Positions 17,159-25,238 of a stretch of 64,000 nucleotides of DNA are shown piece after piece. The position numbers were made by a program, and so were the translations under genes. The notes under the pieces were generated by a model. That model saw only the letters and a program-made list of their open reading frames with translations. It searched no databases and was not told the origin of the DNA. The stretch comes from Pyrinomonadaceae bacterium. GTDB taxonomy: Bacteria > Acidobacteriota > Blastocatellia > Pyrinomonadales > Pyrinomonadaceae. Within the stretch, counting starts at the first letter, position 1; each line of letters opens with the position of its first letter. Location of the stretch: positions 4,558-68,557 of the forward strand of contig JBPCKD010000005.1 of NCBI GenBank assembly GCA_051004635.1, read 5' to 3'.

Positions 17159-18946
17159 GTGAAAACAGTTGTTGTAAAACTTTCCCTGTCACTCGCCTTC
17201 CTGCTGCTGGCTGGAGCGTCGCTGAACCTTGCAACCCTATCCTCTGCCGCAAAGAAAACCGCGCCCATTGAAGGGCCCGGTCACCGTTATCAGATCCAAT
17301 TAAAGATCGACTTTGACGCTCTCTCTTATAGCGGCTCAGAACGCGTGCGATGGGTAAATCGCGGCAACGACGCGATGTCCGTTCTTTTTTTTCATCTTTA
17401 TTCCAATCTTCGCCCTGACGGGTCACCCCCGTCGGCCAACCCTGGCCTCACGAGCGCGGAAGGCGAAGAACCGCGCATCGAGATAACCGAGGTTCGCTCC
17501 GCCGCAGATGGGGCACCTCTTGTTTACTCCATTGACGACCAGGGGACGACGTTGCGCGTCAGCCTGCGCGAGCAAGTTGCTTCAGGAAAATCCACAGAAG
17601 TTATTATTGGATTCAAAGGGAATGTCCCGGAGGTCGACGCGGATGAAACCGGTCTGACTTCGCACGTCGTCAAGCAGATCAGTGCGGCCATTCGAGGTGA
17701 GCGGGAACTGCGCCGCCCGCGAGATGTGAATTTTCGCTGTCGTGGCGTGATGTTGCTGGGCACTCCTTACCCGGTGCTCGCTGTGCACAACGGCGGCGAG
17801 TGGGTCCGCAAACTGGAACCCAGCGTCGGCGATCTTATCTTTAATGAGGTGGCGGACTACGAAGTGAAAATAGAAGCTACGCCTGGCGTGGTTGTCTTTA
17901 GTTCTGCCTGGAAAGATCAAACCAAAACTGACGGCGAAAAGTCCACGGTATTATCGGTTGGTCCGTTGCGGGAGTTTGCAATTATTGCCGGCCGGAGCCT
18001 GCGTTCGGAGCAGATCGAGATTGGAGATACCACTCTCCGATCGATTTTTATTCCGGAACACGCGACGGTCGGTAAACGCGTGCTGGCGATGGCCGCAGAT
18101 TCCTTTCGAATCTTCAGGTCCAAGTTTGGACCCCTGCCATTCACCACAATCAACATCGCCGAAGCTCCCCTGGTCGCCGGACTGGGCAGCACTGAGTTTT
18201 CCGGACTTGACGTGATCGCGAGTGCTTTTTATGTGGATTTTGATTCGGCCGCCGTGCGCAACCTTCCGGAGATTATTCGAGAGCAACGGCCCGCCGTTGA
18301 GCAGAGTCTGGAGTGGGGCGTGGCCCATCTGATTGCTCATCAATGGTGGGGCGCGGCCGTAGGGAACGATCCCGCGCGCGAGCCGGTCCTGGATGAAGCC
18401 ATGGCCAGCTGGTCCGCACTGTTGTATTTCCAGGATCTATATGGCGAACAAAAAGCAGCGGCCCTGCTCGAAGACCAGTTGCAAGGGGTCTACCGCCTAT
18501 ATCGCACCTTTGGCGGCGAAGACATGAATGCCAACCGGCCCTCCAGAGATTATCGAAACACGTTTCAATATGCGGCAGTGGTCACGACCAAAGGCGCGCT
18601 GATGTTTGTTGAGTTGCAGCGGCTGATGGGTGATGAAAAACTGCTGGCCGCGCTTCGCAAATATTACCAGGCAAACCTTCTCGAGATCGCCAAACTCGAT
18701 GATCTTCGCGGCGTCCTAATAGCAGAAGCTCCGCTCCAACAAAAGAGGGCGGTGGCCCGCACCTTCAATCGTTGGTTGGCAAGCAGGCGCGGTGATGAAG
18801 ATATTGCTAAGCCCGATCGACAACTGGCGGACTCACTCGGCTTGCCGAACAGGTCCGGCCAGCAACGAAGGGGAGACCGCAACGCCCTTAACGCTTTTGC
18901 GAGGGTTGGTAAATTTTTCTGGCAACAGATGACTCGGATACGCTGA
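17159..18946 (+). CDS. M1-family (aminopeptidase N-like) metallopeptidase homologue lacking the catalytic Glu
   Basis: Signal peptide present. The active-site region VAHLIAHQWWG-x-LDEAMASW aligns to the M1 consensus HExxHQWFG-X18-E, but the motif reads HLIAH. GTG start. Confidence 0.8.
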   Translation: MKTVVVKLSLSLAFLLLAGASLNLATLSSAAKKTAPIEGPGHRYQIQLKIDFDALSYSGSERVRWVNRGNDAMSVLFFHLYSNLRPDGSPPSANPGLTSAEGEEPRIEITEVRSAADGAPLVYSIDDQGTTLRVSLREQVASGKSTEVIIGFKGNVPEVDADETGLTSHVVKQISAAIRGERELRRPRDVNFRCRGVMLLGTPYPVLAVHNGGEWVRKLEPSVGDLIFNEVADYEVKIEATPGVVVFSSAWKDQTKTDGEKSTVLSVGPLREFAIIAGRSLRSEQIEIGDTTLRSIFIPEHATVGKRVLAMAADSFRIFRSKFGPLPFTTINIAEAPLVAGLGSTEFSGLDVIASAFYVDFDSAAVRNLPEIIREQRPAVEQSLEWGVAHLIAHQWWGAAVGNDPAREPVLDEAMASWSALLYFQDLYGEQKAAALLEDQLQGVYRLYRTFGGEDMNANRPSRDYRNTFQYAAVVTTKGALMFVELQRLMGDEKLLAALRKYYQANLLEIAKLDDLRGVLIAEAPLQQKRAVARTFNRWLASRRGDEDIAKPDRQLADSLGLPNRSGQQRRGDRNALNAFARVGKFFWQQMTRIR

Positions 18947-18991
18947 CAGACTGCCAGCGGCTTCGCGGCAAAGCCGCGATCTTTTGAAGCA

Positions 18992-19534
18992 ATGATGAAG
19001 TCTTACAAAGTCGAAGAGCAAAAACTTGCCCGCCAAATGTTGGAGCAACCGGGTCGGCGGGTGGAAATCGATGACAGCCTTCAGCGGCTGAGTTGGTTGA
19101 TGGATGACCTAATCAAAGTCCCGGGATTGGGTTGGCGGTTTGGGCTCGATGCACTTGTCGGCCTGATCCCCGGCCTTGGTGACACTGCCACTTCGCTCGT
19201 ATCTTTCTATGTGCTTGCGTCGGCGGTCCGATACGGTGTTCCGAAGGTAACGCTTCTACGCATGGGTCTGAACATTGGGATTGATTATGTCGTCGGCTCG
19301 CTGCCGTTGGTCGGAGATCTTTTCGATGCCTGGTGGAAATCGAATCAGCGCAATGTCGCCCTGCTCAGCGAGCGCGCCACCGTTTCAGCGGCTGAGGCAC
19401 GTGAAGGCAAACTAAGCGACTGGCTGTTTGTGGGGGTGATAATCCTATTGCTGGCTGGGTTAGCGGTGGGGGCAGCCGCAGTTAGCCTCTTTTTCCTGAT
19501 GCTTATCGCGAGCCAATTCTCGAAAGCGCTTTGA
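18992..19534 (+). CDS. DUF4112 domain membrane protein
   Basis: LDALVGLIPGLGDTATSLVSFYVLASAVRYGVP...IDYVVGSLPLVGDLFDAWWKSNQRN is the characteristic DUF4112 core. A C-terminal TM helix follows. Confidence 0.75.
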   Translation: MMKSYKVEEQKLARQMLEQPGRRVEIDDSLQRLSWLMDDLIKVPGLGWRFGLDALVGLIPGLGDTATSLVSFYVLASAVRYGVPKVTLLRMGLNIGIDYVVGSLPLVGDLFDAWWKSNQRNVALLSERATVSAAEAREGKLSDWLFVGVIILLLAGLAVGAAAVSLFFLMLIASQFSKAL

Positions 19535-19595
19535 GTCAGTAAAAAAATGGGTCCTATAGGACCTATCGAACCCTTGCCCGAGCCCTCTTGACTAG

Positions 19596-20075
19596 CTATG
19601 AAGTCGCCAGCTGCTGTGCCTGGCCCATCACGCGGTCGAGAGTTGATTTGAGTAAATCCAATCCGCGTTCACCTGCCGCAAAACTGCGCAGCTTTCCCTC
19701 GCCGTCGAAAAGATAATACGCAGGCACGTAACCCTGCTCGTTCTGAAAAGCGTCTTTCAGTTTATGTCCGTTATCCACTGCACAAGGCTCGATGATGTTG
19801 TAGTTAGCAATCGCTTCCCGCACCGCTTCGGCGTCAGTGTCTGCTTCGTAGCGCGGCATGTGCACTGCGATGACTCGCAAGCCTTGCTCTTTCAGTTGGT
19901 CGCGCCATTCAGCCACGCGCGGCATATTGTCTTTGCAGGTACCGCAACTCATCGACCAAAAATGAATGAGGGTAGGATGACCCTCAGCTTGCGCCTCGGC
20001 AGAAGCTTGCGTCCCGCCAAACCATTCGGTAGCGCCAACAAGCGACGGCCTCTCTGTTCCAATTCTCATTCCCAT
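19596..20075 (-). CDS. thioredoxin-fold redoxin (TlpA/ResA-like, CxxC)
   Basis: HFWSMSCGTCKDNMP carries a CGTC active site in a thioredoxin-like context. No signal peptide is evident. Confidence 0.75.
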   Translation of the reverse strand: MGMRIGTERPSLVGATEWFGGTQASAEAQAEGHPTLIHFWSMSCGTCKDNMPRVAEWRDQLKEQGLRVIAVHMPRYEADTDAEAVREAIANYNIIEPCAVDNGHKLKDAFQNEQGYVPAYYLFDGEGKLRSFAAGERGLDLLKSTLDRVMGQAQQLATS

Positions 20076-20151
20076 AGTTTTCTAAGTGACCTTGAACGGA
20101 CGACCGATGACGAACAATCTATCATCGGTCGCCCGCCTACCGTCTACCGAT

Positions 20152-20727
20152 TTACTCGCTAAGGGTTTTCTGACCCGGCTTCCATTCAGCCTGGCAGAGG
20201 CCACCAGTTTGCAACGCCTGAATAACTCGAAGCGTTTCTTCAGCCGAACGTCCGATGTTGAGATCGTGAACCACCTTGTAACGCAGGGTGCCCTCGGGGT
20301 CGATAATGAAAAGACCTCGCAGTGCAATTCCGCGATCTTCGATCAACACGCCATAGTCGCGCGAGACACTCTTGGTCGCATCGGCGGCCAGCGGGTATTT
20401 AAGCCCTTCCACGCCACCCTTGTCTCGCGGCGTCTTGATCCAGGCACGATGCGAATATACTGAGTCAGTCGAGACGCCAATGATGTCAGCCCCTATGCCC
20501 TGAAACTCTTCGTAACGATCGCTGAAAGCCGTCAGCTCAGTGGGACAAACAAAAGTGAAGTCCAGCGGATAGAACAAGAGGACAACCCATCTGCCTTTGT
20601 AGTCTTTGAGCTTTACGTCTTCAGTGAGCTTCTCGATGTTTTTGGTTGAGGCCATCTCGAAATCCGGCGCCGGCTGGCCCACCATCGCCTTCTCCGTTGC
20701 TGTTGCTGTTGCTGTTGCTGTTGCCAT
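20152..20727 (-). CDS. typical 2-Cys peroxiredoxin (AhpC/Tsa family)
   Basis: Peroxidatic Cys motif DFTFVCPTEL and resolving Cys in GGLCQAEWKPG. A strong RBS (GGAGGA, 20731-20736) lies 3 nt upstream of the ATG at 20727. Confidence 0.9.
   Translation of the reverse strand: MATATATATATEKAMVGQPAPDFEMASTKNIEKLTEDVKLKDYKGRWVVLLFYPLDFTFVCPTELTAFSDRYEEFQGIGADIIGVSTDSVYSHRAWIKTPRDKGGVEGLKYPLAADATKSVSRDYGVLIEDRGIALRGLFIIDPEGTLRYKVVHDLNIGRSAEETLRVIQALQTGGLCQAEWKPGQKTLSE
20695..20724. repeat. hexanucleotide tandem repeat (TGTTGC)x5 = (GCAACA)n on the coding strand
   Basis: Five contiguous units lie immediately inside the 5' end of the peroxiredoxin ORF and encode MATATATATAT. Confidence 0.9.
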
Positions 20728-20760
20728 GAATCCTCCAGGTTAATTTATGATTTTCCAAAC

Positions 20761-21213
20761 TTAAGACTTGCATTTGGTGGCTCCCGCGTGGGAACCCCGC
20801 GTTACGTCCGTCCGGCACTCAGGACACTGCCCCCTAAGCGTCAGATGAACCGATTGTGGCTTGAACTTCGACTTTCGCGCGGCTGCTTGTATGAGCTCGG
20901 CCGCCTGTGGGAGATCAAAGTCAACCAGCTTTCCGCAATCATTGCAGATTGCATGGTCGTGACGATCAGTCTCCCGGTCGTAACGGCTGGCGCTATCGCC
21001 AAACTTAATTTCATGAACGAGACCCGCTTCTTTCAAAAACCGGAGCGAGTTGTAGACGGTTGCATAACTAATCGCCGGCAGGCGCTGACGTGCCGCCTGG
21101 AAAATCTCATTCGCAGTCGGATGATCGTCCCGGTCGCGAATAACCTGGAGCACCGCCCCGCGCTGCGGCGTCAGTTTTTCCTCAGTATTTAGTTTTCGCG
21201 TTCCCTTAACCAT
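20761..21213 (-). CDS. Fur-family transcriptional regulator (PerR-like)
   Basis: Winged-helix region LTPQRGAVLQVIRDRDDHPTANEIF, metal site HDHAIC, and structural Zn motifs CNDCG ... CPEC. Sits directly upstream of the peroxiredoxin. Start at the ATG at 21213, or the longer ORF to 21252. Confidence 0.85.
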   Translation of the reverse strand: MVKGTRKLNTEEKLTPQRGAVLQVIRDRDDHPTANEIFQAARQRLPAISYATVYNSLRFLKEAGLVHEIKFGDSASRYDRETDRHDHAICNDCGKLVDFDLPQAAELIQAAARKSKFKPQSVHLTLRGQCPECRTDVTRGSHAGATKCKS

Positions 21214-21221
21214 CAGTGGAC

Positions 21222-21236
21222 TTAGACTAATTCTAA
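21222..21236. promoter_or_regulatory. candidate Fur/PerR-box palindrome TTAGACTAATTCTAA
   Basis: 7-1-7 inverted repeat (6 of 7 positions complementary), AT-rich, lying 9 nt upstream of the 21213 start of the Fur-family gene. Confidence 0.35.
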
Positions 21237-21334
21237 ATTGGTGCCTTGTCAAGTGTGGGTGAAATCAGGATCGCGGAGGCGCGGCTCTGCCGCCCGACAT
21301 GGCTAATGATTCAAACCTGAACTGGGTAGTAAAA

Positions 21335-22405
21335 CTAAAGTCGTGGATGGCCGGCCGCGTAGTCAGCTATGGTTTTCACATAGCGATCAAATGGCGGACA
21401 AGAGATGCCGTGAGGTGCTAGTAACTTTGTGGCCTGGGCCGTGTCGTAGGTCTGCTTCAGGAAAAAATAAGGAACTGCCGAGTGGGGCAAGTCGGTGATT
21501 TTAGGCGCCAGCGGCAGCATGAGTGACGTTTGTACTAATGAAGCAGGAAGCGTGATGCGCGCCTCTTTGGCGGCGATTGACCGAGCTATCGTGTTGAAGA
21601 GTTCGCGAGTTGTTAATGGATTGGGGTCGGCCAGTTGCACTGTCTTGCCAACAGAAAGGGGATCGCGCGCGAGTGCGGACATTGCTTCTACAACGAAATC
21701 AACTGGAACCAGATTCAAACTAACGTCGATGTTGCCAATATTGAAGACTGAAAGTAGCGAAGGCCATTTCAGCAGATAGTGGATCAGGTAATAGATGCCA
21801 TCATACTTAGCCGTTTCGCCCGTGCGCGAATCGCCGCAAACTACGGCCGGACGATGAATCGTGATCGGCAAATCAGACTTCAGCTTATCAACCTCCGTCT
21901 CAGCGAGATATTTTGTTTCTTCGTAATAATTACGAAAGCCGGCGTCGTGTTGCAGCTCATGCTCATAAATCACGCCTTTGCGTTTGCCGGCAACATAGCA
22001 GGTGGAGACGTAATGATAGTGGCGCAAGTGAGGCAGCGAAGCGGCAAACTGGTTGACGTTGCGTGTGCCTTCGACGTTGACGCGCATAGCGACGTCTCGC
22101 GCCACGGCGAGGTCATAGATTGCAGCAAGATGAAAGAGAACCGTTGACCGGGAACCAGCAGTTTCCAGATCCGTTGGCGAAAGCCCCAGGTCAAGCTGAG
22201 TTATATCACCCTGCAATAGTGCAAAATCTGAGACGGATCTGCCGGCATGGACGGCAATGGTTGCCAACTCCTCTTTCGCCCGCTCAACAAAGGCCGGTTG
22301 TACGAGCAACAGGAAGCGTCCGCCTTCCCTTGCCAGTCGGCGCAGCAGCCGGCTTGCGATGAAGCCGGGAAAGCCAGTCATAAAAACTGTTTCGTCCGTC
22401 TGCAT
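21335..22405 (-). CDS. SDR-family NAD(P)-binding oxidoreductase (thioester/acyl-CoA reductase-like, NAD_binding_4 type)
   Basis: N-terminal Rossmann motif FMTGFPGFIASRLL and YVSTCYVAG plus a YxxxK-type region (YEETKYLAE), typical of terminal reductase domains. Confidence 0.8.
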   Translation of the reverse strand: MQTDETVFMTGFPGFIASRLLRRLAREGGRFLLLVQPAFVERAKEELATIAVHAGRSVSDFALLQGDITQLDLGLSPTDLETAGSRSTVLFHLAAIYDLAVARDVAMRVNVEGTRNVNQFAASLPHLRHYHYVSTCYVAGKRKGVIYEHELQHDAGFRNYYEETKYLAETEVDKLKSDLPITIHRPAVVCGDSRTGETAKYDGIYYLIHYLLKWPSLLSVFNIGNIDVSLNLVPVDFVVEAMSALARDPLSVGKTVQLADPNPLTTRELFNTIARSIAAKEARITLPASLVQTSLMLPLAPKITDLPHSAVPYFFLKQTYDTAQATKLLAPHGISCPPFDRYVKTIADYAAGHPRL

Positions 22406-22565
22406 AATTAGCGAAACCTGAGAGCTGTTGATAGTTTAAGCTTCAGCTTGGCAACCGAATGCGACTTCAAGGTTGAACTCTAACTTGGAATCTGAATCGC
22501 ATCGACTTCCGTGGCCGAGTATAATTCAGGCTGCCGAAGCAGCATAAATAAACTCGTCCTATCGA

Positions 22566-24143
22566 ATGGAGCAAAACCGGATGAGAGTTAATACATCAGT
22601 GCCCAGAAGATGGGCTCTAATACTTGTCTTTGTCCTCCTGAGCCAGGTTTCCTTACCTGCGCAGCAAAAGTCAGACTGCACAGTTCGAGTGACGCTTCTG
22701 CAAGTGAACGATGTCTATCAATTTGCTCCTGTCGATCTTGGTGCGCGCGGAGGACTAGCAAGAGTGCTGACCTTGAAGCGAGAGATAGAGAAGCAGTCTC
22801 CCAACACTCTTTTTCTGCTCGCCGGTGATACGATTTCGCCGTCAGTTGAATCTATGACCTACAAAGGCTCGCAGATGATCGACGCCTGGAACGCAGCCGG
22901 TCTTGATTACGCCACGTTCGGCAACCATGAATTTGACTTTGGCCCCGACGTGCTGCGTCAACGAATGAAGGAGTCTCGATTCAAGTGGGTGGCGGCAAAC
23001 GTTATCGACAAGAATACGGGAAAGCCATTTGGTGATGCGCTGCCTTATGTAATTCGCGAGTTTGACGGTGTAAAGGTGGGGATATTCGGGCTGACTTTGG
23101 AGGAAACCAAAACTACATCGCGGCCGTGCCCGGAGGTGGAGTTTTTGAATCCCTGCCAGACGGCCAGGAAAATGGTTTCCGAGCTTCACGGTCGCGGAGT
23201 GAAAACTGTCGTGGCGTTGACGCATCTTTCGATGAGCGAGGATAAGGAAGTTGCTCGCTGCGCCGACGTCGACGTAATCATAGGCGGCCACGAACATACT
23301 CTGCTGGAGTCGGTTTCCGGAGGCGCTCCCATTTTCAAGATGACAGCGGACGCTCGCGAACTGGGACAAATCGATCTCAACATCTCGAAGAACACGGGCG
23401 AGGTCGAGAGCATCGACTCGAAAGTTATCCCAGTAACTGCACAGACAAAAGAAGACCAGCGATTCACTTTACTCTATCGTAAATATGGGGCGCTGCTAAA
23501 AGAGCTCTCCCAGGTTGTGGGCCGCACCGCGGTAGCTCTCGATGCCCGAAGCGCAGTTGGCCGCACGCAGGAAACCAACGTTGGAAACTTCATTGCCGAT
23601 TCCTTTCGCACTGCGACCGGTGCCGATGTCGGACTTATGAATGGCGGCTCGATTCGAGCAGACGAGATAATTCCTCCGGGCCCTTTGACAAAGAGGGACG
23701 TATTGTCAATTCTTCCGTTTAAGAACAAAGTAATAAAATTGGAGTTGACGGGCGCAATGTTGCGCGCCGCCCTGGAGCACGGTGTGGCAAGAAGCGCGGA
23801 AGATAAGGAACCCGGGCGCTTTCCTCAGGTATCGGGGGTAAGGTTCACGTTTGATGCCAGGCGACCGCCAGGCTCACGAATAGTGGATTTAACGGTCAAT
23901 GGTAGGCCTCTGGATGAAAAGAAAAAATATACCCTGGCGACAAGCGACTATGTTGGCATCGATGGCGGAGACGGCTACTCGGTGTTCAAACCGGCGCGAT
24001 TGCTTATTACACTGGAGCAAGCTCAGTTTGACTCCGACGTCCTGCGGGCAGCCATTGCCGCAAAGAAGGTAATTGCTCCCAAAATTGAGGGACGCATCAA
24101 ACGTCTGGACAAAGATCAAAAACAGCAGACCGATTGCGATTGA
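22566..24143 (+). CDS. bifunctional metallophosphatase / 5'-nucleotidase (UshA-like), secreted
   Basis: Signal peptide, calcineurin-like motifs NDVYQF, GDTISP, GNHEFDFG and GGHEH, plus a C-terminal 5'-nucleotidase domain. Confidence 0.85.
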   Translation: MEQNRMRVNTSVPRRWALILVFVLLSQVSLPAQQKSDCTVRVTLLQVNDVYQFAPVDLGARGGLARVLTLKREIEKQSPNTLFLLAGDTISPSVESMTYKGSQMIDAWNAAGLDYATFGNHEFDFGPDVLRQRMKESRFKWVAANVIDKNTGKPFGDALPYVIREFDGVKVGIFGLTLEETKTTSRPCPEVEFLNPCQTARKMVSELHGRGVKTVVALTHLSMSEDKEVARCADVDVIIGGHEHTLLESVSGGAPIFKMTADARELGQIDLNISKNTGEVESIDSKVIPVTAQTKEDQRFTLLYRKYGALLKELSQVVGRTAVALDARSAVGRTQETNVGNFIADSFRTATGADVGLMNGGSIRADEIIPPGPLTKRDVLSILPFKNKVIKLELTGAMLRAALEHGVARSAEDKEPGRFPQVSGVRFTFDARRPPGSRIVDLTVNGRPLDEKKKYTLATSDYVGIDGGDGYSVFKPARLLITLEQAQFDSDVLRAAIAAKKVIAPKIEGRIKRLDKDQKQQTDCD

Positions 24144-24152
24144 AACATAGCG

Positions 24153-24665
24153 ATGATGAACGACGATCTATTCGAGGATGATGCTTCGCCGGCTGCCAAA
24201 TATGAGGCCGAGCAACTTTTCCAGGAGGCTTATCAAGCCCAGCTCGCCGAGAACTTTGAAGAAGCGATAGAGCTTTATAAGCGTTCAATAGAAACCTATC
24301 CAACCGCCGAGGCTCACACCTTTCTGGGCTGGGTTTATAGCTTTCAGGACCGTTATGACGAAGCGATTGAAGAGTGTTTGGAAGCCATTCGCGTCGACGA
24401 GACACTGGGAAATCCTTACAACGATATCGGCAGTTATCTCCTGGCGAAGGGAGATACTTACAGCAGCGTTCGCTGGTTCAAACGCGCGCTCTACGCGCCG
24501 CGTTATGAGTCCTACGCCTTTCCGCATTTCAACCTCGGCCGGATTTACGAAACGCGCAAGAAGTACATCGAGGCAGCTAAGCACTACGGTATGGCACTCG
24601 AACAGCAGCCCGGCTTCACCGAAGCAGCCACCGGACTTCACCGCATGCAAGCACTGCTGAACTAG
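24153..24665 (+). CDS. tetratricopeptide repeat protein
   Basis: TPR-like motifs (AIELYKRSIETYPTAEAHTFLGWVY; AAKHYGMALEQQPGFTEA). Confidence 0.75.
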   Translation: MMNDDLFEDDASPAAKYEAEQLFQEAYQAQLAENFEEAIELYKRSIETYPTAEAHTFLGWVYSFQDRYDEAIEECLEAIRVDETLGNPYNDIGSYLLAKGDTYSSVRWFKRALYAPRYESYAFPHFNLGRIYETRKKYIEAAKHYGMALEQQPGFTEAATGLHRMQALLN

Positions 24666-24675
24666 AAATTAAAGT

Positions 24676-24922
24676 CTTGCCCCAAAGGGGCTGCGTCCTT
24701 CAACCCAAGGTTGCGGCTTGGCGCTACCTTGGGTAGGAGAGGCAATTGGACTACCAACCGCGACGCGGTTGCGCCATAGCGGCCACCATTTACGCGATGG
24801 TTCCTCCAGAGAACGCATCCGGGCCGCAACCCGTTCCGGGTTGATCCCGATTGCTGCCTTCTACCCAAGGTAGCGCCCGAGGCGCAACCCTGGGCTTAAG
24901 GGCGAAGCCCCTTCGGGGCATG
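24676..24922. mobile_element. MITE-like element with about 65-bp terminal inverted repeats
   Basis: The left arm 24676-24738 (CTTGCCCCAAAGGGGCTGCGTCCTTCAACCCAAGGTTGCGGCTTGGCGCTACCTTGGGTAGGAG) is about 80 percent complementary to the right arm 24857-24922. No ORF lies inside. Confidence 0.6.
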
Positions 24923-25238
24923 TTGTCTGGCAACCTGGGTTCGGAGACAGACTCCAGAGGCTTTCCGCACGGTGTGGCGGCAAGCCGCAAAAAAACGCAC
25001 AACCTTTTGTCGAAACGATGCACTAACTCACCGGAACCGAGGAACCGGTTGGTCCCCAATTTTACTTGGAACGACCGCACAATTCGTGATAATTTTCAGA
25101 GCAGTTCAGTTACCTCTCAGCCCTTATTGAAACCAGGCCGACTCCTGAACGTGTAACAAGCAGGCCAACGAAGGCTTTTCAGTTCAGACGCAAAATCCTG
25201 GTAATCATCCGGGTAGTCGTTTCTCCCACGCAAGCCTT

